Shown here one piece after another: positions 1-12,959 of a stretch of 64,000 nt of DNA. The notes under the pieces were generated by a model. That model ran no database searches and had not been told where the DNA came from. It saw nothing but the letters and a program-made list of their open reading frames with translations. The translations under genes were made by a program, and so were the position numbers. The stretch is from Podarcis melisellensis (lineage: Eukaryota), in assembly GCA_964234715.1 (NCBI GenBank), contig OZ174282.1. One strand, written 5' to 3'. The first letter of the stretch is position 1. Every line of letters starts with the position of its first letter.

Positions 1-51
1 GGAAACCCAGCCAGATGGGCAGGGTATAAATAATAAATTATTATTATTATT
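1..51 (+). mobile_element. L2 LINE extreme 3' tail
   Basis: cccagccagatgggcagggtataaataataaattattattatt matches the reverse complement of the L2 tail at ~20832-20885. Confidence 0.75.
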
Positions 52-196
52 CTCTGCAAAATATTGACATTGTTTCTCCCTTTCTAACACACCCAAATAA
101 ACCCACCAAGCAAGGTCTTAGGCAAACAAGACCCGACGAGGCACTGTTTTGAATGTTAGGACTTGGTGGCTGTAATTTTCACTTGTGGGTGGGTGG

Positions 197-355
197 CAGG
201 AGTGCCAACTTGGCCCTGCAAGTGTGGGTGCCTGGGGGCATGGGTGCCATGCAGCGTGCACGGCCCTGGCACTGAAATCTGTGGGTGCCCGGCCCCTGCA
301 TGGGGAATTTTGAGAGTGCTCAGGCACCCAGGGCCCCAGGGAGTTGGCACCCATG
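197..355. mobile_element. hAT-type MITE
   Basis: TIR caggagtgccaact / agttggcacccatg (12/14); 8-bp TSD gtgggtgg (189-196) / gtgggtgc (356-363); internal gggtgcc repeats. Confidence 0.7.
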
Positions 356-583
356 GTGGGTGCTTTGTATAAAGTGGCAGACATGCACTCTGGGATTGCA
401 GAGAAACAAAGAACACTCATTTCTGCTCTGATGCCAGGCGAACAGCTCTAGGAATCAATCAGTTAAAGCAAGAAACAAAAACACCAGATACTGATGCACC
501 ACAAAATGCAACTCCCTGCCCCATCTCATTACTTTGTTGTTTGTGATGGAGTGTCCTGTTTTGCAAGTGGCCCAGAGCTACAA

Positions 584-584
<1 letters not shown>

Positions 585-656
<72 letters not shown>
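585..656. repeat. compound (CA)n(GA)n microsatellite
   Basis: direct reading. Confidence 0.98.
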
Positions 657-659
<3 letters not shown>

Positions 660-2038
660 TGGTGGAGGTGTGTATGTCTGGCTAGAAGCAGCCACTTGCT
701 ACTGCTTTCAGCTGGCCTCTCTGTGCTGTTGCTTACCTTTCCATTTGTGCCATTGCCAAGCCTACCATGTGACGGGTGCTTCAATTGGGTTGCCAGTAGC
801 AGTTTGTTAGAAGCTTCATTCCCCCTGCCCATGGGTTATGCTCTTGCATTGATGGGAGAGTGAGATAAATACATTTTTGTCTTTCTGCATTAACTCAGCA
901 AAAAAGAAAGCCGATGATTCAACCTTTAACCTCCAACCAGTTTTCTAGAGTGAAAAACTTACCCAGGGCACACTTTTCATTATGCAGGTTACACACAAGT
1001 AGACCTACAGGGTAGTCCTCCATTGTGAAGTTTACACACAAGTAGACCTACAAGGCAGCCCCAAATTGCCACCTGTATGACACCGCCAAATTTCAGCCTC
1101 AATGTTGTCATTCTGGAAATGAAAAACCACATGTGACATAAAATACCCCAGAATTGCGTTGGATTTTGCCAGTGGGGTGTTTATTACCCCAGCCCAAGTT
1201 AGTGGATTGGGATACTAATACTTCATCATTTTTCCATAGAAAAATGGTCAGGGAAAGGTCAAGAAACTGTGTGTGGTGTGTAAATAGACAGAACACAGAT
1301 CTGATGGACTGCATTTGGGTTGCTGAGTGTGTGAGTGAACATAGTTGGAGAAAAAGTAAATTAAAATGAAGAGATTTTAGCCTGTAGGGTTTCAGTACAA
1401 CTAGACTTTATTGAGTTATACTCACTATGCACACAGGAGGGGCACCAGGTTGGGGAAAGCTGACATTCTCTGACTCTGTCTTCATCATTACAAACTGGTG
1501 TAATCTGGCTATGAAACATGATGGACTGTATTGTGAGATGGTGAATGCACTCAGATTCCCTGTGGTTTCCTTTCCCTCCAGTTCCCAGAATTTATTCCCA
1601 GGAAACAGGGGACCAGTGGAAGAGATAAATTAGAATTATTTTTAATAAAATGGAGATCATTTTTAATCACGTTTAAGTTATTTTTCTTTAGCCAGCTTGC
1701 ATGGTGTAGATGTCCCTGAAAAATGGGGGACTTACATCTCTTGCCGCACAGAAATTAATTCCGACCTGTCAGCCGTGGTGTTTAATGTAGATAATAACTA
1801 TTAGTTCTATGCCAGACAGTCTACTCCATTCCATAGCTCTCCCCCCTCCCACTGCAGCCGCCACAGTCTGCTAACCCTCTACCAGGAACTAAAATTCTTC
1901 AGAGGTAGAAATGATTGGGTCTCTGTGTGTGGCAATGATGATGCATGGAAAGTACATTGTTATATATTATAAATGAAACAGATTTCCACTCCCTAATCTG
2001 TAACAAAAATTCTTGGAATCCTGGCCCTTTGACCTGGA

Positions 2039-2212
2039 NNNNNNNNNNNNNNNNNNNNNNNNNNNNNNNNNNNNNNNNNNNNNNNNNNNNNNNNNNNNNN
2101 NNNNNNNNNNNNNNNNNNNNNNNNNNNNNNNNNNNNNNNNNNNNNNNNNNNNNNNNNNNNNNNNNNNNNNNNNNNNNNNNNNNNNNNNNNNNNNNNNNNN
2201 NNNNNNNNNNNN
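2039..2212. other. assembly gap (174 N)
   Basis: run of N. Confidence 1.
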
Positions 2213-2974
2213 ACTTCCAAAGCAGGGGTGTTTCACACTGGTGAGGAAGCTAAATTTTAAAGGCAGTTCTATTCTCCCGCCCTAAGTATTCCAGAATGGT
2301 GCTAAGGGCCTCTTGGCACTGAACCCAGTATTCTTTGATGGGACAATGCCCTTCTGCAGAGCATGAAGAGAGGCAATGGAGTTCAGATGCTGACAGATAA
2401 GGGCCCAGATGCAAGCAATCTCTCTCCCCTCCTGCAAAACTCCTTTCTGGCTTTCTGTGTTCCAACCTGTGGGAGCTGCTGTGAGCACATGGCTCAGCAT
2501 TGTAATAGAGTCATTACAGAGCTGATAGAATTCCGAAGCATGGATGGCCTGAGGTGGAAGGAGCTGGAGCATGAAACAGCAGCTCCTCCAGCTGCCTTGC
2601 CTGTATTCTTTGGGGACCTAGCATTTGTGACAGCAAAAAAATGGGCAGCGGCAATAGCAGTGCAGGGGTGTGTGTGTGCTGCACCAACCCCACTATCCAG
2701 TGTGCAGACTGCAACTTTCAGAAACAAATGGATGGTATCCATCTGAAATGGGTTGGGAACACATTCCCATCCAAAAGCAATCTCTTTTCACTTTTTCTAT
2801 CTATCCTGGTCCAGTCAGTTCAGGGAGTAGACTGAGTCAATAGAGCTGGGGATTACTAAGGAGTTGATGGTTCCATTGATGGAAGGACAAGTTGCTGGAC
2901 CTGGAAGGTAGGAACCCCCCCCCCCCAAGGCCTAAGGGTGACACATGTGACTGCCTCCTCCCAGGCTTTGAAAT

Positions 2975-3242
2975 TGGGCAAGTGTGCACTCCTGAACAAG
3001 AAATAGAGAAATGCATATATAATAGGAGAAAGTGCATACAAAAATGCATTATATGCCAGAAAATTTCTTGCAAGAAGTGTTGTGTGAGGAGCAAACTTGC
3101 ATAAAAAAACATGTATGTGCAATAGGGGAAATGTGCACTGCCTTTGAAAAATATATATATTGTAAACTGTTATGGAAATGTGACAAACTGAATTTAAACT
3201 TGGAAAAATGAGAGACTAAAATTGACATATTTGCCCATCCCT
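2975..3242 (-). mobile_element. old non-autonomous DNA transposon fragment
   Basis: ends ...tttgcccatccct; AT-rich tgcat-repeat interior resembles 52639-53020 in opposite orientation. Confidence 0.45.
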
Positions 3243-5420
3243 TTTTGAGGCAGATGCACATAGAGCAAGTCAGAAAATGAGGAAAGCAATCAAACAGAGG
3301 CATGCTAGCAATTTAAATAGGAATACAATTTTGCAAGATCTTTTGCATTCCTGATGAAAAGCTAAAGGCTGCAGTTCAGCTGGCAGACAATTTTTTTTTG
3401 TTAAAGCTCAGTGTGTCTTACCAGTTGAACTTTTGCACCCAGAAGGAAGGACCACTTATTCCCAGGAAACAATGCATAACATTGCAGCCATTTTGATTCT
3501 AGTAAACTGGGTGTTGTGCCCTGTACTGCTGCTGTTTGGTATGGGTACCAACACATCTGCTTTTCTAGACTGTCCTTGTGGGCAGAGATATGGGACTTGT
3601 CATGATGAGTTCCAGCACTTCAGGATTTACCACTGTGCCCCTGAGATTCTGAAGGGAGCCATGTGGAACCAGCAGATCAAAAGGGTGCATATTTAGAGAT
3701 TGGAATTGAGGAGCCAGGACCATGGACAGCTCCCGCATGGCAAAGTCTAGTTTTGATCAACATATTCTGCACCATTTCTTTCTAGGGTAAAGAGGGACTT
3801 ATCGTATAAACAGGAGCTTTTTACAAGTTGAGCGTATGCAGTCAGAAATAGGAGCTTACTCTCAAGAAAGTATACATAAGTATTTCAATTATGGTAATCC
3901 TTGTAAATTAGGTATTATGCAGTGTATTGAGGCCCCCTTCATAACGGAGCCACATGGCTGGGCTGGCTGCATTTTTGGACTCATGACTCGGTGGGCCTGT
4001 AGTTATGAGCTTCTGTACTTCAAAATTTACTACTATATCACTGGTAGAACTGCTGCAGCTCAATGGGCCAATGAGCTTTTTACAGATTTTTATGCAGGAG
4101 TGACACAGCCAGCCAGAACATACTTCTTCCCCTCTCCTCCAAAACCAATATTTTTCCGAGTGCCACCACTGACAATTCAGAAAACACTTTCAGGCATTCA
4201 GACCTGAAACCAAATTTGGAGCTGCAATGACAGTTGAGACCTATTTGCGAGATCTGAAAGGCCTTTCCCGGCATACGCTGAGAGCTATGATAGTCCTTGG
4301 AGGTGCTTCAAGGCTGCCCTTTGCCAGAATGTCGTTTTTCACTTCCTAACAATGCACAATAAAACAGTTCCAGAGTTTACAGGTAAAAAAAATATAAAAA
4401 TCTGTGGAGGGCTGTGTAAAATGCTTTGCCATTAATTTCCAGTTACACAGCAGCAAGCGTAATTCAAGCCAGCCCGACAGCTCAGGAGCACCAAAGTTGT
4501 ACTAGTCAGAGAGGGATGAAGCTGGAAGTTTGGCTCCTGAGAGGAACAAGGCTTCCCAAAGGGGTTCAAGCTGTCTCCCAGCTTTGGTATATACTAAGCA
4601 ACCAAGTGGGCTTTATGAAGTGAGAGATGACACTCAGGTAGAGTCATGTCAATAGCCTAAGCCATTGACATGTTCCACAAATCAGCCACAGCTGCAACAG
4701 TTGTTATCCAACTCCATATTCTGCCTCTGAAAATGGAGGTTCCATAGCCATAATGATAATCAGATATAGAGAGCATTGGGATGCTCAGGATTCAAGGGAC
4801 TCCAAAATCAACAAACCTGGAGAGGCTCTGAGAGTTCAATTTTGTACAGCTTGCCTCTGAATACTGAATGGCTGTGCAAGGGGAGAGGAGAAGGGGGGAA
4901 TTCATATTTGTTACAAAGGAGCAAGTGTAATGGATTACATGGCAGTTGATGAACTATAAGCATGCTTTTTTGTCATCTTTGAATCTGGAAAAATTGTTTC
5001 ATACTTTGAAACAAATGATTGAATTATTAGGATCAATTTTAGTCAGGGTTTTGAAAAAGAAGAAAGCAAACCAAGCTATGGATTGCTGCAATGCTAAGTT
5101 TGATTTGAGGAGGCCCTTGGTTAAGATGAAAGGAACCTGGGAGCCTTTCTTTGAATTAAGGAGAGGATATTGTTGCAGGTTGGGGGAGGGGTCAATCTGC
5201 ATGATGCTCTGAGTCCCTTCCATTTTTGGGTGTTTCTGTATCTGTGTGTGTGGGTAGGATATATGAGAGCAAGCTTGCCAATCCAGTCCCTTTGTATGGT
5301 GTCCAACAGTACCCAAATGTAGACCAAAACCTGTTACTCCATCTCATGCACTGTCATGTCAGATTGGCTAATGGTGTGGTCCGCCATCTTGATTCAAAAT
5401 GGTATCCAATGAACATAGAC

Positions 5421-5653
5421 CAGTGGTTCCCAAATGGTGGTTCATGGACTCCAGGGAAAGCAGGAATCATAGGTAAAGAATCCCTGTCAGATGGTCATTC
5501 AACCTCTCTTTCTTTTTTAATTTCTTACATGATATTCTAATTTGAATTCCATAGAATTCTATAGATTTCAAATTATACATATTCTGCACAGATATGCCTG
5601 AATGAAGCTTCTGTATCACTGGTGGTCTGTGGACCACAGTTTGGGAACCCCTT
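5421..5653. mobile_element. hAT (Charlie-like) MITE
   Basis: TIR cagtggttcccaaa / tttgggaacccct; TSD degenerate. Confidence 0.5.
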
Positions 5654-5860
5654 TACTAGAGCAAAATATGAATGTGCATAATAACCGACCATTGTGTACA
5701 TTCACCAAGCTTCATGGAGAATGTGCATATAAACCTTCCACGAAGAGGGACTTGAGTATATTTCCAGGTCAATATAAATAATATACAAATTTGCTAGTAT
5801 CTGCCTCCTCTTTCATGAAGGAAACCACTCCTGGAAAGATTAGCTTTGGTAATGACAAGA

Positions 5861-5917
5861 CAAGACTGTTTTGGGAAAAAGCAAGTTGTCAAGACTGTTT
5901 TGGGAAAAAGCAAGTTG
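5861..5917. repeat. 29-bp tandem duplication
   Basis: caagactgttttgggaaaaagcaagttg twice. Confidence 0.9.
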
Positions 5918-6594
5918 CTTTTCAGAGCAGGCTTCTACAACCTGGTGTACTCCAGATGTTTTAGACTACTGAAACTCAGTCTGGTGAGGGTTGTTGTTCA
6001 TGACCACTGGAAGGTACCAGTGGCTGTTTTAGAGGAAAGTTGGAAAACATGAAGATGGCTAACGATTTTAGAAAAAGAAAAAGATAATGCATGGAGAGCC
6101 ACTCTGTGGTAAGATGCTTACTCTCCTGTTTCACAGCTAGACCAAGAGAGGGTCATATTTATTAATGACCAGTGAGAGGAGATAATTTCCATCCCATTTA
6201 CAGTGGCTCTAGCACTCCCGGGCATGGCCTGCTGAACATGCCAGACAGATGGTTTTTCACGCAGGTCTGTGAAGAAATGCCAGCTTGGCTCCAAGGCCTT
6301 TGGAGAGTTGCCGGGCAGCATTGGAGGGGAGAGAAACCCTTCATCAGCGGGTAATATGACAGACTGACAGGAGGCTGAGTCTGACCCGAATTGCCAAAGA
6401 GAGAAAAGGCCATAAATATGAAGTTAATGGGGCCTGAAAATCTCCACCGTTTCCTCGATGAATTTCCCTGACAAGAGACTTAAGAGCCAGATATTAGTTA
6501 AGTCAGCTCAGAAATGTCCCATTAGACGGAAGGGGCTCGATCCAATGCTGAGGAGGTGAGTGAAGGTATCCACTTCTGGAACGCAAAATCACAG

Positions 6595-6637
6595 ATTTGC
6601 ATAAAATTAGCATATGCTAATTTGCATGTATGCTAAT
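6595..6637. promoter_or_regulatory. homotypic POU/octamer site cluster
   Basis: ATTTGCAT 6595 and 6620, ATTAGCAT 6606, ATGCTAAT 6614 and 6630; 20-bp perfect palindrome 6604-6623. Confidence 0.55.
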
Positions 6638-7499
6638 TTAGAAATAATTACAAATATTTATTCCCCCAAAGTTTTATTATTTTTTTATTGACTCAAACGG
6701 TAAACCTAAAAACAAATGAACAAATTCTTTGCTATAGTAAATATGGCATACAAATGGGGTCAAAGGTAAGTAGAAGATGGCATTACAGATAGGGGAATTA
6801 CTGTGCATAGACTGTCTAGAAATCTGTATGACCATCAGGAGGTTGGACCAGAGATGGATTTAGAGTAGTGCAACTGGTTCAGGTACACTGGACATGGAGC
6901 CTTGGGGGGAGCTGCAGGGAATGCCTCAACTATTATTTAGAACAGAGTGTGAGAAGCAAGGGGGCACTGAATTTTGGCATTGCGCAGGGCACTGCTGTAA
7001 TTTGAGTCCCCAAGGTCCACCACTGGTCAGAACCTTTGATTGTCATATTAATAAAAGTCAAACAGTGGAACCAGATTGTCAAACACCTTAGGTTTGGCAT
7101 GACCTTAAGCTAAGCACCTGTGGTGTGTAAACCTTCTATTAAAGCCAGGTGCCAAATGCCCCTATACTAGTTGTTAACAGAGAAGTCCGAAGGCATTTAC
7201 CAGCCTCCTGCCACTGTATTTCTGGTTGCTACGAGGAGAAATATAGCAAGATTTTTGTGCAGCAATTTAGGGCCAGTGAAAAATAGAGGGGGCGGAGCGA
7301 AGGAGGTGGGTTTTGAAACTGTTTGGCTCGTAATTCGGGAAATATGAATGAAAATGGAGCTTGATATGGGCAATATCACCACATGTGGCGACAGGAGCCC
7401 CAATTGTTGCAGCCTCTCCAGTGGCTGGATGAGAATGGTAAGTTCACAAAGCTCAGTCTTACTGGGGTTAAGGACCACCAGTGAAGCATCCTCATCCTC

Positions 7500-7790
7500 A
7501 TTATTATTTTATTTTGTTCATTTATACCCCACATTTTCTCCAGAACCACGACTGAAGGCAGCTCACAAAAATTTTAAAAGACATGGATAAAATACAGATA
7601 GCTAAAATATATATAATAGTAAGTAAACTGTAATAGAACTAAAATAATATGAAAAACAACCACAAATCTATTAAAATGCAAAGAGTAAATATACAGCACT
7701 ATCAAAAACCCTTTCCTTAAAAGCGGAAGTAAGACTACCTGCTGGCGGAAGGACAGCGAGAAGGGAGCCAATCTAACTTTTCTAGGAAGT
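7500..7790 (-). mobile_element. degenerate L2 LINE 3' end
   Basis: ttattatttt...tttataccccacatttt tail followed by decayed ORF2 end. Confidence 0.55.
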
Positions 7791-8095
7791 TTGGATTACT
7801 GTAACATACACTGTGTGGGGTTGCCTTTGGAAAGTGCTCAGAAATTCCAACTGGATCACAGAGCTGCAGCAGTATTTTTGGATGGGGCTGCTTATAGGAA
7901 GCACACAACTCCCTTGTTACAGCAGCTCTACCAGCTATGATCTGTTTCTGGGCTCAGTTCAAAGTGCTGGTTATGACATATAAAGCCCTATATGGCTTAA
8001 GCTATCTGAAAGTCCCCATTCCCACATAAAAACATTCCCTGGTGCTGGTCGGTGCTGTGATGCTTTTATTGTAATGATTGATATGTTTTAATAGA

Positions 8096-8141
<46 letters not shown>

Positions 8142-8281
8142 AGTCTATTAATGTTTATTTTTTAAATGATTGCTTCCTCCTGCCCACCCCCGGTGTTTTT
8201 AGCTATTTCTCTTTTAGCTGTAAGCCATGTTTAGTCTCTTGTCATGGAAAAAGGGGGGATATAAATAAATATAATAATAAC
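7791..8281 (+). mobile_element. L2 LINE ORF2 C-terminus and 3' tail, decayed
   Basis: translates to LDYCN...GLP...HTTPLLQQL...FKVLVMTYKALYGL; tail gatataaataaatataataataa. Confidence 0.8.
8097..8139. repeat. (CA)n microsatellite
   Basis: direct reading. Confidence 0.98.
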
Positions 8282-8382
8282 TATGCAGTAAAAATAATAC
8301 TAGTAATAGGGAGTTCCAAAGCTTGGAAGCAAGAAGGCCTATTCCTACATCCCCACCAAGTGTGCCTGTGAGTGTGATGGTA

Positions 8383-8968
8383 CTCCTTGAAAGATTCCAT
8401 CCATGTTGTGTCCGAAAAATTTTACACATCCCTTGGGAAGACAGGCAAACTAATGCCAGTGTACTGGAAGAAGCAAAGATCACCAGTGTCGAAGCAATGA
8501 TCTTCAACATCAACTTCACTGGACTGGTCATGTTGTGTGGATGTCTGATTATCGTCTTCCAGAGCAACTACTCTATTCTGAACTTAAAAATGGAAAGCAT
8601 AATGCTGGTGGTCAACAAAAGCGGCTTAAAGACTCTCTCAAGGCAAATCTTTAAAAATGTAGTATAAACACTGACAACTGGGAAACACTGGCCTGAGAGT
8701 GCTCCAATTGGAGAACAGCCTTTACTAAAGGTGTCATGGGCTTTGAAGATGCTCAAACTCAGGATGAAAGGGAGAAATGTGCTAAGAGGAAAGCACGTTT
8801 GGCAAACCCTCATCATGATCAACTTCCACCCAGAAACCTATGTCCCTACTGTGGAAGGATGTGTGGATCCAGAATTGGCCTCCACAGTCACTTATGGACT
8901 CACTGTTAAAACTGTGTTCATGGAAGACAATCTTACTTGGCTATGAGTGATCGCCAGAGAAGAAAGAG
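8383..8968 (+). mobile_element. RTE-clade LINE 3' fragment, 5'-truncated and pseudogenised
   Basis: LERFHPCCVRKILHIPWEDRQTNASVL...WTGHVV..RLPEQLLYSEL..GGQQKRLKDSLK...CPYCGRMCGSRIGLHSHLWTH (terminal C2H2 finger); frameshift and stops. Confidence 0.9.
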
Positions 8969-8974
8969 ACTAAG

Positions 8975-9560
8975 AAAAGGGCCACACCAGATGATCTCAG
9001 AGCCCAGGCTAGTTCACTTTCGGGAAATGGCCTTTCAGATAGCCTGGGCTTAAGCTGAATAGGGAATTTATAGGTCATAACCACCACTTTGAACTTTTCC
9101 CTGAAACAGACTGGTAGCTGATGGGGCTGTTGTCCCAAGGGAGCCATATGCTTTCTAAAAGCTATATCACCTCCCTATATTTTTAAGGATGCCTCATGAT
9201 CTGTGACTGAAATGGATTTAAAGAGTGCAGTTGTCCATAAGGAGAGCCAAGTGAAATCCGAGGAGTCTTCCAACTCGGTTTCTGAAACAGTCCATAAACT
9301 TGGAAATTGCCAAATTTATTGTCCAACAGTGTGTGGTGTATTTCTGAAACTAGCCCTTTCCTACATGTGCTGTACTGAAGGCATCCAGTTTCAAATGCAG
9401 ACCGAGGCTTATGAAAGTTCTTCGTTCAGCTGATTTGGTGGGCAAAACTGTGGAACTGGAACATCAGAAGCCAGCACTTCTCCAGTTCTGGGAGAGAGAG
9501 TTGCTCTGGGGATAGAGACTTGTTGTGTTCAAGCAATCACCAGGTTGAGTCGTTCCCACC
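8975..9560 (-). mobile_element. old L2 LINE ORF2 fragment
   Basis: QLPVCFREKFKVVVMTYK motif on the minus strand; more decayed continuation to ~9560. Confidence 0.65.
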
Positions 9561-9671
9561 TCTTCCCATTTGCAGAAATTGATTATGGTGCTCTGGTTTA
9601 GAGAACCCTGGGTTATTTAAATAGGGGTGTAGAGGGGAGGGCGAAGGAGCCAGAGCCCTCTGCCATCTCCC

Positions 9672-9929
9672 CTATGTCTGTAGTGTGGTGGTGAGGAAAG
9701 GATTTCCCAGGTCATGGAACATCTGTGTGGAAAGAAGGCCAAAGCGAAGAGCTTGCAATCTGGGAGATTTAGGAGAGTATTTCATTGCAATCCAAAGCAC
9801 ATAAGAATAGTTTTTGATTACAGGCTGCAACTGGTGAAGTTGACCAGCTTCCCAGTATAACCTTAGATTAGGGATTCCTAGACTGCCTTCTCTTGATTTC
9901 TTGTAAATAATTTGCCTGCCTCCTCTCAC
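9672..9929 (-). mobile_element. L1/Tx1-clade LINE ORF2 fragment
   Basis: KSREGSLGIPNLRLYWEAGQL matches the post-RT GGLGLPNL..YY.A.QL motif. Confidence 0.7.
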
Positions 9930-12117
9930 ACATTCCCTTCGATTGCAGAAGACCTCAATGTATCACTGTTAACATTGCGAGCGAAAAATTTGCATAAATT
10001 CCCTTATTTTGCATAACACACCCTACATTTTGCTTTGCATGGGAATAGGCAAGACATGGAACTGCCTTTCCCCCAGTCATTGGAAATCTGCCTGTGCACT
10101 TCCTTTTGTTTTTCACATGCAAGCTGAACTACTGTACTCAGGAAGCTGAGTTCCGTACTGCTGTACAATATCCTGCAGGTTTTCTGTGCTGCTGCAGAAT
10201 TATTGGTTGCAGAATGCACTGATGTTATCCACAGAACATGGGGACCAGATGGCCATTCTAGATTTAAGTTCCACACCATATTAATCTGCCTGCCTGCCTG
10301 ACTTCAGAACACATTCCCAGTTCCCCAAAGGCACAGGGATCAATTCGCAGCTTGGTCTCAAGGGAAGGGAACTTTGCTGGCTTTTCTGCATTTCTCCGCT
10401 GAGCCATGTGTATCCTGAATCCTTCGCTCCAATGATCCTGAAAATGGAAGGAGTTACAGTGGCAAGCATAGTTTCCATGCCAACAGGACCAGGCTGCATG
10501 ACACAGGCTGTTTTGCTAGGGACGCTTCAGTCAGGTTTTACATTTCATATGTGTGTAAATTGAACGGGAAATTTAGGGCCGGCCCTACCATAAGATAGGA
10601 GACAGCTGCCTCCGGTGGTAGATATTACGTGCCATTCAAGGGCAGCAAATTGCCAGTTATTGGATTATTTTTATTTCCATGGTGTCACCTTTTCGATTTC
10701 CCCTCAGGCTGGTTCTAGAAGAAGTTAGACTGATTAAAATGTACGTTTGATTTCAAAACAGTTCCCTTAACACCACACTTTTTCTCCTCCAACAACAGTG
10801 CTTGAAAGTGATGTCTTCCAGATGAAAATACATTATTAGCACCATTTGTGAAAGCAACCACAATGGTTATGGAGGGGTGGCAGGATTTCTCTTCATCAGG
10901 GGCCAGCCCTTGAAGTTGATTTCATTGGACCCATTTCCAGATGTGCTAGGATCAGTTGATTGATGGCAGAGTCATGACAGGACAGTAAGAAACACTCCTT
11001 CACACACTGCGTAATTCCTTATGAAATTCTCCACCAAGTAAGATATGATCTTAGATGGCCTAAAAAAGGACACATCCATGGAGATGTTAACCCATGAGAG
11101 GTCAAATGGAACCTCCAAGTTCAGAGGCAGTATATCTATAATTGAGTGTTGGATACTAGAAACAAAGATCAGTGGGTGGACTTTATTCCCAGTATTTGTG
11201 CCTTTCTTGTTAGTGAGAACTTGAGGAAACAGCATGTGGGACTTAGAATGGGGGCACCTGCCTCATTTTCACAACTTAGGCTCCCCCACCTTTTGCCCTG
11301 CCAACATCTGATCTAAAGTAGAGAAGCATTCTGCAGCAGGTATGCTAGTAAAGAGTCATACAGCTGGAGAAGACTTCCAAGCCTAGTCACAAAAACACAA
11401 CGGAGGGAAAGCACAAACAGGCTATGCCTTTAGATTGCCCACCAGCTGGGCCATGCTGGCTTGGTTTTGTTCTGCTGTAAACCAGTATCATGAAACCTTT
11501 GGCCCTTCAGATGTCATCATCCCTGAACTTGCTGGCTGGAGCTGGTGGGAGCTGGAGTCCCATCAGCTCCAGAACATCGTCCCTGCTGTAAATGGCTGTG
11601 GACATCAACCATGATATAGCAATAAACAAAGAAAATAGACTCATCTAGCCATAATATGGACAGTTCGAAGTCTTAAGGGGCAAAGTTCCTTTGGTGGGCC
11701 CCTTCCTATGTGGTGGACCTCTTTATGATTGTTTTGTGTAGAGGCTAATTTCTAGCATTGTAGAGTAGCTGTTTTTCTCTTCAACTGCATGGAGCTGCAG
11801 AGCTAATGAGAGGCAGACACCTGCTGGCTACCATTTTGTTTCCCCCATAATTTATTGGAGATTGCTGGACAGGGCCCCTAGCAGTTGCCCAAGGATTCCA
11901 ACACCAGTCCTGCTAACACCAGTCCTGAACTGTGACTGACTACCTCTGCAAATTGGTCAACCTTCTCTGCATGCTACTTTTTCAGTCAAACACCGAAAAA
12001 ACATCTTACATCTAAAGATGCAGTAGTGTATGAATTGAAGAAGCATCTATTGAAATGCATGTCTCATACCAGTATATCTGGCCTGGAATATGGGACTGAC
12101 CACAGCTCCCTTTTGAG

Positions 12118-12253
12118 CAGGCATAGGCAAACTCGGCCCTCCAGATGTTTTGGGACTACAGCTCCCATCATCCCAAGCTAACAGCACCAGTGGTCAGGGA
12201 TGATGGGAATTGTAGTCCCAAAACATCTGGAGGGCTGAGTTTGCCTATGCCTG
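12118..12253. mobile_element. palindromic hAT MITE (136 bp)
   Basis: near-perfect fold-back caggcataggcaaactc...gagtttgcctatgcctg; TSD cttttgag / cctttgag. Confidence 0.9.
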
Positions 12254-12959
12254 CCTTTGAGAGTATGCTTAGTGAAAAATATGCACTTTGTCATGTGTGA
12301 AACAGCCCCAAGGATGTACCTTAAGATGGAAAGAGCCTTAGGAGGAATCAGCTCATTCATGCTTCAAGAACACATCTGGAGATGATCACTGGAGGTCAGG
12401 ACCAAGATTGGCAGTGGGAAAGTGTGTGAAGGAATGTGGATGTCGCTGTTGTCATGCTTGCAAGCAATGCCTTTGTCTCCTGTTCATTTCCCCCCTCTTT
12501 TCATGCAGCAGCTACAACGGAACTGGCAGGAAGGACCACATTTTTCAATTATTGTGATTCCTTTTTATAAGGTGCCAAGAGGATGGTTGGCAAGTAGAGT
12601 TCCTCCTGACATGGAAGCTCGTATACACACTCAGCGGCATCAAACCAAGGAAATTAACAATAGAATACCGTTCCCTCCACTACTACAACTTGCAGAGAAA
12701 CTGAACTGTGTCCACCCTGCAGGGCTGTCATGCTGTGCCAGGAGATAGAAGGTTTCTAACTTGGCAGATTTAACTGAGAGCTTCTCCTTAGAGGAATTTC
12801 AAAGGAAACTTAAATAATTTTGGCAGTTTCTCTGATGTGGTCCCAGACATCCCTTTTGTTTTGGGGGGAGTGTCACTGCATTTCGCCTAAAGCAAAAATG
12901 GAAACCACAAGTGGTGGAACCTTTTCACCAGACAGGACAATAGGAGTGGGGAAACTGTG

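Noticed and set aside
459-863. ORFs with poly-RE / poly-LS tracts
   Set aside because: Translations of the (CA)n(GA)n microsatellite. The same applies to poly-Y, poly-I, poly-L and HT ORFs elsewhere.
989-1052. CRISPR-like repeat-spacer-repeat
   Set aside because: Only two units, eukaryotic context, no cas genes.
10471-10484. RFX X-box-like GTTTCCATGCCAAC (and DR1-like GGCCCTTTGACCT at 2023-35)
   Set aside because: Isolated imperfect motifs that are not distinguishable from chance without conservation data.
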